Below are positions 50,114 to 59,755 of a stretch of 64,000 bases of DNA, one piece after another. Every line of letters begins with the position of its first letter. Position 1 is the stretch's first letter. Made by a program: the position numbers and the translations under genes. The stretch is from an uncultured delta proteobacterium (GTDB lineage Bacteria > Myxococcota_A > Polyangia > Polyangiales > B10-G4). Location: NCBI GenBank assembly GCA_963727445.1, contig CAVSGI010000009.1, positions 320,001 to 384,000 of the forward strand. Reading direction: 5' to 3'. The notes beneath the pieces were generated by a model. The model searched no databases and had not been told where the DNA came from. It was given only the letters and a program-made list of their open reading frames with translations.

Positions 50114-50162
50114 GGTCCGCCACCGACTCGACGGTTTCGGCTTCGCCCCTTATCTTCGTCGA

Positions 50163-51707
50163 GTGCGGCTCCTCGCCCCCGCCCTCGCCCTGGTGCTCGC
50201 TTCGTGTTCCACGTCGCCCATCGGTCTGACGGTCGACGTCGTCTCGGACTGGGTGCCGGGGCTCGACTTCGTCGCGGTCGACACCGAGATCTCCAGCGCG
50301 CCCTTCACCGGCCCAGCTGACGGCGAGGTACGCCAGGAGACCTACGACATCACCGGCTCTGAAGACTTCTTTCGCGGAGTGCGCGTCTCCGAGCTCGAGG
50401 ACGTGGGCGCCGGCCGGCGCTTCGTGCGCGTGAGCATGCGTGACGCCGCCGGACGCTTCATCGCCCGCCGCACGATCGACCTGGACCTGACGACCAGCTT
50501 CGCGGCGACGGTCCTCCTCACGCGAAGTTGCCAGGCCGTCGTCTGCCCCGCGCCCGCCGGCGCACCGGAGCTCTCCGAGTGTCAGGCGGGCCGCTGCGTC
50601 GATCCGCACTGCTCGCCCTCCACCCCCGAGCTCTGTCCGGTCGCTTGCGAGGGTGATGCGCAGTGTGATGAAGAGCTCGTGTGGTGCGAGGGAGCGAGGC
50701 TCTGCCGCGCGGGCGCCTGTCTCTGTCGAGATGCGCCAACGGATGGAGGCGTCTCCGATGGGGGCGTCGACACCGGATCCAGCTGCGCGACCACCGAGAC
50801 CGCCTGCGACGACGGGATGGACGAGGACTGCGACGGACTGACCGATTGTGCCGACGACGACTGCATCGGCGCGAGCTGTGACGACGGATTCTTCTGCACG
50901 ATGAACGACAAGTGTGGGACCGACGGCGCGTGCTCCGATACGGAGCCGAGGTGCGCGACCTTCTGCAACGAGAGCACCATGAGCTGCGAGGAGTGCACGA
51001 TGGACGCGGATTGCGGTGCGCCGACCACGGGCGCCTGGGGTTCGTGCGGCGGCTTCAGTGATGCGTGCAGCGAGACGGGCACCCAGACGCGGTCGGTGAC
51101 GACGCCCCGATGCAACTCGGGGACTTGTACGGTGGAGACGACGAGCGAATCCGGCACCTGCACGCGGACGACCACCGGCACCACGTGCGGTGCCACCACC
51201 ACCGGCTCCTGGGGCGGATGCGCAGGATTCTCGGGCGGCTGCGACACCAGCGGCACCCAGAGCCGGTCGGTCACCACGTTCACATGCATGGGCGGCAGTT
51301 GCCAGAGCATGTCCTCGACCGAGACGCGCAGCTGCTCGCGCACGGTCACCAACGGCACGAACTGTGGCAGTACCTCATGGCACGTCTGCTGTAGCGGCTC
51401 CTGCATCGACACGCGTAACAACAACACCCACTGCGGCACCTGCGGCGTGAGCTGCTCCTCCATCGGGCGGACGTGTGCGGGCACCGGAACCGGCGGCTAT
51501 GCCTGCCGCGGCTGCACGACCAACGCGGAGTGCGTCAGCATTCACAACAGTCGAGCCACCTGCTACGACGTGGCCGCGCCCCCGGCGTTCTGCCAGTGTC
51601 AGTGCGCGTCGAACGGGGTGTGTGTCAACGGCGGATGCGGTTCGAACTTCTTCTGCCACGACTGCCCGGGACACAACTTCTGCGCGCCCTTCGGCGGCAG
51701 TTGCTGA
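50163..51707 (+). CDS. Cys-rich lipoprotein: conserved N-domain, TSP1-like repeats, Stig1/MXAN_6577-like motif
   Basis: Lipobox LASC; CDDG.DEDCDG..DCAD; WG.C.GFS..C...GTQ.RSVT x2; CID...N..HCG.CG..C. Confidence 0.82.
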   Translation: MRLLAPALALVLASCSTSPIGLTVDVVSDWVPGLDFVAVDTEISSAPFTGPADGEVRQETYDITGSEDFFRGVRVSELEDVGAGRRFVRVSMRDAAGRFIARRTIDLDLTTSFAATVLLTRSCQAVVCPAPAGAPELSECQAGRCVDPHCSPSTPELCPVACEGDAQCDEELVWCEGARLCRAGACLCRDAPTDGGVSDGGVDTGSSCATTETACDDGMDEDCDGLTDCADDDCIGASCDDGFFCTMNDKCGTDGACSDTEPRCATFCNESTMSCEECTMDADCGAPTTGAWGSCGGFSDACSETGTQTRSVTTPRCNSGTCTVETTSESGTCTRTTTGTTCGATTTGSWGGCAGFSGGCDTSGTQSRSVTTFTCMGGSCQSMSSTETRSCSRTVTNGTNCGSTSWHVCCSGSCIDTRNNNTHCGTCGVSCSSIGRTCAGTGTGGYACRGCTTNAECVSIHNSRATCYDVAAPPAFCQCQCASNGVCVNGGCGSNFFCHDCPGHNFCAPFGGSC

Positions 51708-51712
51708 CACGC

Positions 51713-53545
51713 TCAGTCAGTGTCGGGCCAGGTGAGCGTGAGTCGGTGTGCGCCCTCGCCCGGCAGCTCGGCGGTGAAGCGTTCGAGGTAGCGGCGTCCA
51801 GCGGGCGAGCTCGCGCGGAGCTCGAGGTAGCGGAAGGTGCGCGGGGTGGCGAAGGCCTCTGCGATCGCTTCCGCGCCTGCGCTCTCGAAGCGCCGGCGGC
51901 CGTGCCAGGTGCCGACCATGACGCCGTCGATCCATACCTCGACGCCGTGATCCGTCTCGCGCGCGTCGGCGGAACGCGTCCGTAGCGCCACCTCGACGCG
52001 CGAGGGTGGATCCTCCCGATGCACGTCGATCACGTAGCTGACCTCTGCGGGTCCATCGCCGGCGGCGCATCCTTCGGCCAGCGCCCAGGGATCGACGGTC
52101 ACCCGGCCGCGATGCGGGTCGAGCGTCTCCCACTCACCTTCGGTCCAGGGACGGAGGTGCTCGAGGCCCAGGGGAAAGAGCCGTGCGTCGTCGTCGGCCG
52201 ACGCGACCACAGCGTTGTCGAGCTCGGGTGCCGTGCCGGCCCATTCCACGGCGGTCCAGCGAAGCGTGTTCCTCACTGGCGTCGTTTCCTCCGCGTGCGG
52301 TCCCTCCGCCCACACGCCCTGCGGGTCGTCCCTTTCGTCCCAGCTCCGATAGATCCAGATCATCAGCCCCGACAGCGCGTCGGCGTCCGCCCTGTCGAGC
52401 GCGCGGCCGAACCACGTCGCGCGCGGCGTGAAGAGCCGATCGCCGCGGCGAAAACCGATCTCTCCGAGGATCAGCGGCTTGTCCAACTCGTTCTCCGCGA
52501 GGTGTGCGCGGTCATCGATCCAACTCCCGAGGGCCTCCGCGTCGGTGATCGCCAACACGTTGTGCGGGTACGAATGGACGTCGGCGTAGCCGATCTCGCC
52601 CAGACGAGTCACGCGACGCCAGCTCCTTCGTGACCGCTCGGTCTTGTAGCCGATGTGTCCCGCACCCACGAGATGGTTCGCGTCGAGGCTGCGGACGAAG
52701 CGCGCCATGTCGCGTATCCACGCGAAGAGGGCATCGTCAGTGGCGCAGGTCTGCGCGGACAGCTCGTTGGCCAGCTCCCAGGAGAAGATCGTCGGGTCGT
52801 CGCGGTAGGCCACGCCGCTGATCGAGTTGGTCCGTCCGACGACGTGCTGGACGTGGTCGCGGTACAGTGCACGCGCTTCCTCGTTCGCGAGGACGTGGCC
52901 CAGCTCCGAAGGAAGCAGGTTGCGGCGCCGCGGCTCGAGACCGACCCAGCGGGCGTATTGGGGAAGGCCTCCGTAGTCTCCCCAACGGTTGAGCAAGGTG
53001 ATCATCACGCGGATGTTCCGTTTTCGCGCCTCCACCAGGAGCGCGTCGAGGTACGCGAAGGAGCTCTCCACCCAGAGGTCGGGCCCGAGCCTGAAGGCAT
53101 AGGCGCGGCGCCATTCCTTCCCGTCGTCCTCCGCCTCTCCGGCCGCCCACACCCGGACCACGGAGATCCCATCGTCGCGCATGGCGTCGAGGAGGGCGGG
53201 CATCCCCTCGCGGGCGCTCTCGCCATGAATCATCGCGGCGTTGGCGCCCACGAAGCGAAAGGGGAGGTCGCCCAGCACGAGGCCCGTTCCGTCGGCGCGC
53301 ACCATCTCGCCGTCACGAATGGGCGGGTTCGTCATGCGCTTGGGGACCCTCGGCGTCTCGGGGGGAGGCTCGCTGCACGCGCCCATCCATGCGGCGAGAG
53401 CGAGACCGATGACCACGTGCACGACGGGGATTGTCCGCGGTCGTGCGCAGTTGGCCAAGTCGATGGCCTCGACAGCGCTCGCCTCGCTGCGCGTCACACC
53501 CCGCCGAGGAGCAAGGACGGTCCCCGACGGCATACCTACGGACAT
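51713..53545 (-). CDS. glycoside hydrolase family 5 (beta-mannanase-like)
   Basis: FRFVGAN, VVRVWA, N.WGDYGG..QY, YRDDPTIFSWELANE (acid/base), HSYP, KPLILGEIG (nucleophile); start uncertain (possibly GTG 53422). Confidence 0.88.
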   Translation of the reverse strand: MSVGMPSGTVLAPRRGVTRSEASAVEAIDLANCARPRTIPVVHVVIGLALAAWMGACSEPPPETPRVPKRMTNPPIRDGEMVRADGTGLVLGDLPFRFVGANAAMIHGESAREGMPALLDAMRDDGISVVRVWAAGEAEDDGKEWRRAYAFRLGPDLWVESSFAYLDALLVEARKRNIRVMITLLNRWGDYGGLPQYARWVGLEPRRRNLLPSELGHVLANEEARALYRDHVQHVVGRTNSISGVAYRDDPTIFSWELANELSAQTCATDDALFAWIRDMARFVRSLDANHLVGAGHIGYKTERSRRSWRRVTRLGEIGYADVHSYPHNVLAITDAEALGSWIDDRAHLAENELDKPLILGEIGFRRGDRLFTPRATWFGRALDRADADALSGLMIWIYRSWDERDDPQGVWAEGPHAEETTPVRNTLRWTAVEWAGTAPELDNAVVASADDDARLFPLGLEHLRPWTEGEWETLDPHRGRVTVDPWALAEGCAAGDGPAEVSYVIDVHREDPPSRVEVALRTRSADARETDHGVEVWIDGVMVGTWHGRRRFESAGAEAIAEAFATPRTFRYLELRASSPAGRRYLERFTAELPGEGAHRLTLTWPDTD

Positions 53546-53557
53546 TCCGGTTCCGAG

Positions 53558-54577
53558 CTAAGGGATGAGCACCACTTTGCCGAGGTTCTTTCCGCCCTCG
53601 AGCATTTCGTGGGCCTCGCCTGTGCGGTCGAAGGGGACCGCGGCGTGGATGTGCGGTTTGATCTTCCCCTCTTCGTAGAGCGCGACGAGAGCCGTCATCT
53701 CTTCGAGGAGCATCTCGCGCTGATCCCAGAGGTGTCCCAGGTTGACGCCGGCGACCGCCTTGTTCTCGCTCATCATCTTCATGGGGTTGAAGCGCGGGAT
53801 CTGCACGACCTGCCGGATCACGTGGATCCAATGCCTGCGCTCGCCGCTCACGGCGTTCGCCATCCCGAAGGCCACCAGGATCCCGGCCTTCGCCAGCAGG
53901 GCGTAGCCCTTCTTCCAGTCGGGCCCGCCGAGCGCGTCGAGGATCACGTCGACGCCGCGCCCGTCCGTGAGGCGGCGGATCTCCTCGGCGTAGTCGAGGG
54001 TGCGGTAGTCGATGGGATGATCGCAGCCGTGCCCGCGAACGTAGTCGTGCTTGCGTGCGGAGGAGGTCCCGTAGGTCGTCACCCCGGCAACGGTGCGGCA
54101 GAGCTGGAGCGCAGCGGTGCCCACGCCGCCGGCCGCCATGTGCACCAGCACGTGGTCGCCGCTGCGTATCCGCGCGATGCGGAAGAGCATGTGATACGCG
54201 GTGAGGTAGTTGACCGGGATCGCGGCGGCGTCCTCGAAGCTCATCGCGTCGGGGATCGGGATCGCCAGCCACGCGGGCGTGCAGATGACGCTCGCGTGTG
54301 CGCCGAATTTCTTCATGAAGAGGACGCGGGTGCCGACGGCGGGCCCATCGACACCCGGTCCCAGCGCATCGACGACGCCGGCGCCTTCGTAACCGACGAC
54401 GCAGGGCGGCTTGGGTGCGTCGGGGTACAGACCCTGCCGCGCCGAGACCTCGGCGAAGTTGAGGCCGGCGGCCTCGACGCGAACACGAACCTCGCCCTCG
54501 GCGGGCTCGGGGTCGGGGGACTCCCGCACCTCGAGCACCGAAGGGCGGCCGTAGCGGGTGATGGTGACGGCGCGCAT
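53558..54577 (-). CDS. zinc-independent MDR / VAT-1-like NADPH:quinone oxidoreductase
   Basis: AAGLNFAE, GYEGAG, PVNYLTAY, LVHMAAGGVG, GVDVILD, GKVVL. Confidence 0.92.
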   Translation of the reverse strand: MRAVTITRYGRPSVLEVRESPDPEPAEGEVRVRVEAAGLNFAEVSARQGLYPDAPKPPCVVGYEGAGVVDALGPGVDGPAVGTRVLFMKKFGAHASVICTPAWLAIPIPDAMSFEDAAAIPVNYLTAYHMLFRIARIRSGDHVLVHMAAGGVGTAALQLCRTVAGVTTYGTSSARKHDYVRGHGCDHPIDYRTLDYAEEIRRLTDGRGVDVILDALGGPDWKKGYALLAKAGILVAFGMANAVSGERRHWIHVIRQVVQIPRFNPMKMMSENKAVAGVNLGHLWDQREMLLEEMTALVALYEEGKIKPHIHAAVPFDRTGEAHEMLEGGKNLGKVVLIP

Positions 54578-54708
54578 GGCGCATGCCTTAGCACGGTTTG
54601 GCCCGGGCCTACACAGCCCCTTCCACGCGGCCCATCGCCCGCGCGGGGGAGGAGCGATGCGAAACCCCCTTGAGCCCACGAGCGTTCGCCCCCAGTGATC
54701 GAGGTGCG

Positions 54709-55641
54709 ATGACCACGGAGAAGAACCTCGGGTGGTCCGCCGGGAAGTACGCCGAGCTCGCCGGCTTCGACGGCGATTGGCGCGACTCTTGGTGGAACCA
54801 GGACTACTTGGAGCTCCTCGCGAAGCGCCTCCGCGCGAGCGAGGTCAGGAGCCTGCTCGATGTCGGGTGCGGCGCGGGGCATTGGGGGCAGCGCATCGGC
54901 ACGCTGCTCTCGCCGGGCGCACGCATCGTGGGCGTCGACCACGAGGAGGCGTTCCTCGAGGCTGCGGTGAAACGCGCGGAGGGTCGACCGCACGACTTCG
55001 AATATCGAGTGGCGAGCGCCGAGTCGCTTCCCTTCGAGGACGACGCCTTCGACATGGTGACGTGTCAGACGGTGCTCATCCACGTACCCGACGCGCGCGT
55101 GGCGCTGGCAGAGATGCTTCGCGTGTTGAAGCCAGGCGGCGTGCTCCTCGCGTGCGAGCCGAACAATCTCGTGAACGCGCTGGTGACCAAGGTCGCGTTG
55201 CCCCGACCGCCCTTCGAGGAGACCGCGAAGCTCCTGGCCTTCGAGGAGGCGTGCCTTCGCGGGAAGAAGACGCTGGGTCAGGGGGACGACAGCATCGGTG
55301 AGGAGCTCCCCCACCTCTTCACGGAGCTCGGGCTCGAAGACGTTCGCTCCTACAAGAACGACAACACCGGCCGCATCGTGCCGCCCTACGACGACCCGGC
55401 GGCGCAGAGCTCGATCGCGCTCCTGCGCGCGTCGGTGGCGGCCGGCGCGGGTCGTATGGGCGACCGCGCGACCTCGAAGCGCATGTACCTCGCGGGCGGC
55501 GGCGGCGAGGCGGAGCACGACGCGCTCTTCGACCTGCAGGTCGCGGCCCAGGCGCGCGCCCTGCGCGACATCGACGAGGGCCGACACGTCTTCGGGGGTG
55601 GCTTCTTGATGTACGCGGTGGCCGGTCGGAAGCCGAGCTGA
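54709..55641 (+). CDS. class I SAM-dependent methyltransferase
   Basis: LLDVGCGAG, LPFEDDAFD, RVLKPGG. Confidence 0.9.
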   Translation: MTTEKNLGWSAGKYAELAGFDGDWRDSWWNQDYLELLAKRLRASEVRSLLDVGCGAGHWGQRIGTLLSPGARIVGVDHEEAFLEAAVKRAEGRPHDFEYRVASAESLPFEDDAFDMVTCQTVLIHVPDARVALAEMLRVLKPGGVLLACEPNNLVNALVTKVALPRPPFEETAKLLAFEEACLRGKKTLGQGDDSIGEELPHLFTELGLEDVRSYKNDNTGRIVPPYDDPAAQSSIALLRASVAAGAGRMGDRATSKRMYLAGGGGEAEHDALFDLQVAAQARALRDIDEGRHVFGGGFLMYAVAGRKPS

Positions 55642-55647
55642 CGGGGC

Positions 55648-56295
55648 TCAGCGAGACGGATCCGGGGGCGCGCTGGGAAGCTCGTCGGGGTGTGCGCAGA
55701 CGAGCGCGACGAGGCTCGCGATCACCGAACGGGCGCGCGTCAGCGCGTCCTCGCTCGGCGTCTCGGCGAGCAGCTCGAGTGAGATGCCCTCGACCGCGGA
55801 TACGAGGGCGAGCGGGATCATCGGGTCGAGCTGGCGCTCGGTGATCGACGTGAACAGGGCGTCGAGCCCGCGCATGATGTCGCGACGGAACCGCATCCGC
55901 ATCGCGAAGAGCGGGCTGTCGGATCGCAACGATTCCTCGACCAGCGAGCGCACGATGTCGCGATCGGTGCGATGGAGCTCGAAGAAGCCGTCGAGCGCCT
56001 CGGCGATCGCGTCCATCGGATCGGTCGTGCGGGCGACCGCCGAGGCGAAGGTCTCGGCGAGATGACGGGTGACGACCTCGAAGATCGCATGAACGACCGC
56101 GTTCTTGTCGGAGAAGTGCTTGTAGAACGTTCGGCGCGACACGTTGCCGGCGAAGAGGATGTCCTCCACGCGGGTCGCGGCGACGCCGCGGTCCGCGAAC
56201 TCGTCGATCGCCGCTGCGAGAATCCGACCGCGCGCATTGCCGCGGCCGGTGGTCGCGCCGACTGCTTCGCGCAAGCGGGTGCGTAGCGGAGTCAC
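55648..56295 (-). CDS. TetR/AcrR family transcriptional regulator
   Basis: ILAAA..F..RG..TRVEDI..VSRRTFYKHFSDK. Confidence 0.92.
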   Translation of the reverse strand: MTPLRTRLREAVGATTGRGNARGRILAAAIDEFADRGVAATRVEDILFAGNVSRRTFYKHFSDKNAVVHAIFEVVTRHLAETFASAVARTTDPMDAIAEALDGFFELHRTDRDIVRSLVEESLRSDSPLFAMRMRFRRDIMRGLDALFTSITERQLDPMIPLALVSAVEGISLELLAETPSEDALTRARSVIASLVALVCAHPDELPSAPPDPSR

Positions 56296-56930
56296 GCGGG
56301 CGGGACGGGCACGTGCGCCTGGTACAGCGCGACGCTGCCCAGCGGAGAGCGCCAGCGTCCGATCTCGGCGGGCGCGCTGAGGCCGGCTCCGGCCATGAGC
56401 TCGGGGTAGGTGCCCTCGACGTTGTCGCTCGTGTCGTCGAAGCCGTGCGCGAGCTGCACTACGACGAACATGCTCCGCATCACGCGGTCATGCGGGCGAC
56501 CGAAGTCCGCGATCAACAGGCGTCCCTTTGGAGCGAGAAGGCGTGCGCTCGCGGTGAGGGCGGCGCGCTTGGCGGCCCGCGGGAGATGATGGAGCAGGAG
56601 CGACGACACGATCGCGTCGAAGGGCCCCTCCACCGGGGGCTCTTCCGCGCGGCCGAGCACGTACGCGATGTTCGTGAAGGTTTCCGGCGTGTGATCGACA
56701 GCGCCGGCGAGGACGTCTTCGTCACAGTCGACGCCGATCACCTCGCACTCGGGGTACTGGCTCGCGAAGAGACGGGTCAGCCAGCCGCGGCCGCAGCCGA
56801 CGTGCAGGATGCGACGCGGCGAAGGACCGACGAGCCGAAGCATCTGTGGTGCGATGAGGTCCTCGCGCAGGCCGGTGGCGGCAAAAGGGTCGTAAAAACG
56901 GGCGAGTAGACGCTGGCGTGGGAGTGACAT
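56292..56930 (-). CDS. class I SAM-dependent methyltransferase
   Basis: ILHVGCGRG, FDAIVSSLLLHHL, LAPKGRLLIADF; GTGA overlap with tetR. Confidence 0.88.
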   Translation of the reverse strand: MSLPRQRLLARFYDPFAATGLREDLIAPQMLRLVGPSPRRILHVGCGRGWLTRLFASQYPECEVIGVDCDEDVLAGAVDHTPETFTNIAYVLGRAEEPPVEGPFDAIVSSLLLHHLPRAAKRAALTASARLLAPKGRLLIADFGRPHDRVMRSMFVVVQLAHGFDDTSDNVEGTYPELMAGAGLSAPAEIGRWRSPLGSVALYQAHVPVPPA

Positions 56931-56943
56931 GTGGCGGCTCCGA

Positions 56944-56968
56944 GAAAGTATACGCAGTGTATACTTTC
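56944..56968. promoter_or_regulatory. AT-rich palindromic operator, probably bound by the co-operonic TetR
   Basis: GAAAGTATAC-GCAGT-GTATACTTTC, 14 bp upstream of ATG 56930. Confidence 0.75.
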
Positions 56969-57010
56969 GGCCCGTGCGCCTCGCAAGCGGAATTCGTCCG
57001 AGTCGAAGTC

Positions 57011-57241
57011 CTAGTCTTCTTCGTTCGTCAGCGCGGACGTCCCGAGCGATTCCTGCGCGGCGCACATCTCCTGGCATGCGGGATCCGATGCGGGCTCGCA
57101 CTCACAAGGCGGCTCGGGCGCGGGGCCCTCGGCTCCGGCGGTCTCTTCCCCGGCAGGATCGTTGCCGTACTCCGAGGAGCTCTCGCTTCCGCAGGCACAG
57201 GCAAAGGCGAGACCGACACACAACAGGATGACGCGACTCAT
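57011..57241 (-). CDS. small acidic lipoprotein
   Basis: MSRVILLCVGLAFACAC signal; CEC..C..MC. Confidence 0.55.
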   Translation of the reverse strand: MSRVILLCVGLAFACACGSESSSEYGNDPAGEETAGAEGPAPEPPCECEPASDPACQEMCAAQESLGTSALTNEED

Positions 57242-57287
57242 CCCCGAAGAATCCGCAAAGGTCGCTGACGAGTCAATGCGGACGCCG

Positions 57288-57644
57288 TCACCGCTCGACG
57301 AGAACGAGCTCGAACTCGCCTGCAAGCACGAGGCTCTCTCCGGTTTCGAAGCGGAGCTCGCCCCCTCGCGGGATCTCGACGAGCTCGCCGTTCCGGCGCC
57401 GCACCGCCGTGCCGTTCGTGCTCTCGAGGCATCGCGCGAGCGCGGCGCCGTCCTCCCCCGGAATCGGGACGACTTTCAGATGGTGACGCGCGACGGTACC
57501 GGAGCTGATCTGAACGTCGGCTTCGCGCGAACGTCCGAGCAACAGACCCGCTGCGCCCAGCACCGCCTCGAGGGTGGCGGGAGAGCAGGCGGATGCCTTC
57601 GTCTTCATCCGTAGGGCGAGCGGCACGAGGACGGATTGTAGCAT
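57288..57644 (-). CDS. stand-alone FHA domain protein
   Basis: LLGRS..AD..VARHH..STNGT; start uncertain. Confidence 0.7.
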   Translation of the reverse strand: MLQSVLVPLALRMKTKASACSPATLEAVLGAAGLLLGRSREADVQISSGTVARHHLKVVPIPGEDGAALARCLESTNGTAVRRRNGELVEIPRGGELRFETGESLVLAGEFELVLVER

Positions 57645-57714
57645 CGCGGCCCTCGTCCTCGCGCCAGCCACGATCGCCGATCGCCTCGAAGTCTGCGATG
57701 CTCCCAGCACCCCT

Positions 57715-58452
57715 ATGGGTTCAACGCAAAGCCAACTCCCCGACTATGGCCTCGACGCGCCGGGCCTGGTCAGGTTCTTCGTCCTCGGCGGCGGCGCACT
57801 GGGCCTCGCGGGAACGGTGACGACGATCCTCGCGCCCGCGATCGGGATGGCACACGCGGCGATGTGGATGGGTGGCTCCTTCTTCCTGACCGGGCTCCTC
57901 ATGTGGATGAGCTCGCGCTTCGGCAAGCTCCGTGCGCGCGACGCGCTGATCGATGGGCTCGCGCTGCGCGGCCACGAGCAGGTGCTCGACGTCGGGTGCG
58001 GTCGCGGTCTTCTGCTCGTCGGCGCGGCGAAGCGCCTCGACGGTGGGCGGGCGGTCGGCATCGACATCTGGTCGGAGCGCGACCTGGGCGGCAATGCGGC
58101 GAACGCCACGCTCACGAACGCCCGGGCCGAAGGCGTCGAAGAGCGCGTCGAGGTGGTCACGGGCGACATGTGCGCGATGCCCTTCGAGGACGGTCGTTTC
58201 GACGCCGCGGTTTCCTGCTTCGCGATCCACAACGTCCCGAAGCGCGAGGATCGCCGGCGTGCGATCGCCGAAGTCGCGCGTGTGCTCGCGCCCGGCGGGC
58301 GCGTCGCCATTCAGGACCTCGGCCGCACCGGGCAGTACGCTGCGGACTTGCGGGAGCTGGGCTTCGAGGACGTGCACCGCACCTTCAGCCCGTGGACCTT
58401 TCCGCCCTCGAGGGTCGTCCGGGGGACGAAGCCCTCCCGCGAGCGTACCTGA
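57715..58452 (+). CDS. membrane-associated SAM-dependent methyltransferase
   Basis: YGLDAP, two TM helices, VLDVGCGRG, GIDIW, RVLAPGG. Confidence 0.9.
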   Translation: MGSTQSQLPDYGLDAPGLVRFFVLGGGALGLAGTVTTILAPAIGMAHAAMWMGGSFFLTGLLMWMSSRFGKLRARDALIDGLALRGHEQVLDVGCGRGLLLVGAAKRLDGGRAVGIDIWSERDLGGNAANATLTNARAEGVEERVEVVTGDMCAMPFEDGRFDAAVSCFAIHNVPKREDRRRAIAEVARVLAPGGRVAIQDLGRTGQYAADLRELGFEDVHRTFSPWTFPPSRVVRGTKPSRERT

Positions 58453-58467
58453 GGCCGGTTGTGGGAA

Positions 58468-59040
58468 ATGCGGCTTGCGCACCGAGCGCGCACGCCCGAG
58501 AGACACCCCATGGGACGGAGAGGACGAGAGCTCCTGACGCAGCGGTGGGCGACTCACCGAAACTGGTCCAAGCAAGCGGCCATGCTGAGGTCTCACGACC
58601 GACTCGAGCATGCGTCGGCTCGCGTCGTGGAGATGACGCGCGAGACCGACGAGCCTGGGCGCGCAGCCCGTGCGTTCCGGCATCTGCTTCCTTCGGTCGA
58701 CAGCCACCTTCAATACCAGGAGCAGAAGCTCCTGCCGTTTCTCGAGTGGCGATGGGGCACTTCGACCGCCGCGCTCCTCGCGGACCAGAGGGCGCTCGTC
58801 GCGCAGCGAAGCGAGGTCATCGCCGCCCTGGAGGCCGCGGCGGCCGACGCAAAGCTCAGAGGCGTCGCGCTGGAGCGACTCGAAGCGCATCACGCGCTCC
58901 TCGTCCGCACCCTCGCGGCGACCGAGACGCTCGCCATTCCGCTCCTCGTCCAGCTGAGCCCATCGGAGCTCTCCAGCTTCACCCTCATGCGCGTGGGAGG
59001 GCTCCGTGAGCTCATCGCCACGCACGCTGCCGCCGAGTAG
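58468..59040 (+). CDS. hemerythrin-like helical protein (degenerate)
   Basis: SHDRL..HLQYQEQKLLPFL..ETLAIPLL pattern. Confidence 0.55.
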   Translation: MRLAHRARTPERHPMGRRGRELLTQRWATHRNWSKQAAMLRSHDRLEHASARVVEMTRETDEPGRAARAFRHLLPSVDSHLQYQEQKLLPFLEWRWGTSTAALLADQRALVAQRSEVIAALEAAAADAKLRGVALERLEAHHALLVRTLAATETLAIPLLVQLSPSELSSFTLMRVGGLRELIATHAAAE

Positions 59041-59084
59041 CGGTCTGCGGAAGGCCATGGAGCGCTATCCTTCTACGAGCTCCC

Positions 59085-59729
59085 ATGGCCGAGCAGCAGA
59101 ACAAACGAGTTCGCGTCATCTCCGGTGCACACGGGGTCACCCTGCGTGCGACGCTCGGACTCCTCGACGCCATCGGGACGACCTTCGAGTCCCTTGGCTG
59201 GACCCTCGGGGCGGTGAGGGCGCGGCGGCGCCTCTCCCGGCTTCTCGACGAGGCCGGGCATCCCGTCCCCATCGCCGGGGCGTCGGAGGGTGTGATCCGC
59301 ATCGAAGGCCGCGTCGAGCTCCTCGATTCGGTCGACGATGAGCATGGGGATGCGGTCGCGGCGTTTCTGGTGCGCGAGACCAGAGACGAGGCGTGCGGTT
59401 GCCAGAGCAACTGCACCGCGATCAAGCGTTGGGTCACGACGCGCGGCAACGCCGGACGATTCATGGTGCGGGACGCGGGCGGCGTCGCCTTGGTGATCGG
59501 CCCGCGCCTTCGGCTCCTGGACTTTCGCGGCCAGCCGGTCGATCCCTTCGAGGCCGGCGCGCTCCGGGTGCGCGACGGAGATCTGGTGACCGTCCTCGGC
59601 TCGGCGGCGAACGAGGTCGTGGAGGAGTCGCGCGCGCGCCCGGCAGACGGGTATCGCGGAACGCGGACGACCCCAGTGTTTCGCGCGGTCCCAGAGATTC
59701 CGGTCCACGTCTTCTGCGCCCGATCCTAG
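59085..59729 (+). CDS. hypothetical protein
   Basis: Clean ORF; GRF.VRD..G.ALV, GD.VTVLG, GYR motifs. Confidence 0.65.
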   Translation: MAEQQNKRVRVISGAHGVTLRATLGLLDAIGTTFESLGWTLGAVRARRRLSRLLDEAGHPVPIAGASEGVIRIEGRVELLDSVDDEHGDAVAAFLVRETRDEACGCQSNCTAIKRWVTTRGNAGRFMVRDAGGVALVIGPRLRLLDFRGQPVDPFEAGALRVRDGDLVTVLGSAANEVVEESRARPADGYRGTRTTPVFRAVPEIPVHVFCARS

Positions 59730-59755
59730 CGAGGCACCTCAGCGGCTGAACGCCG

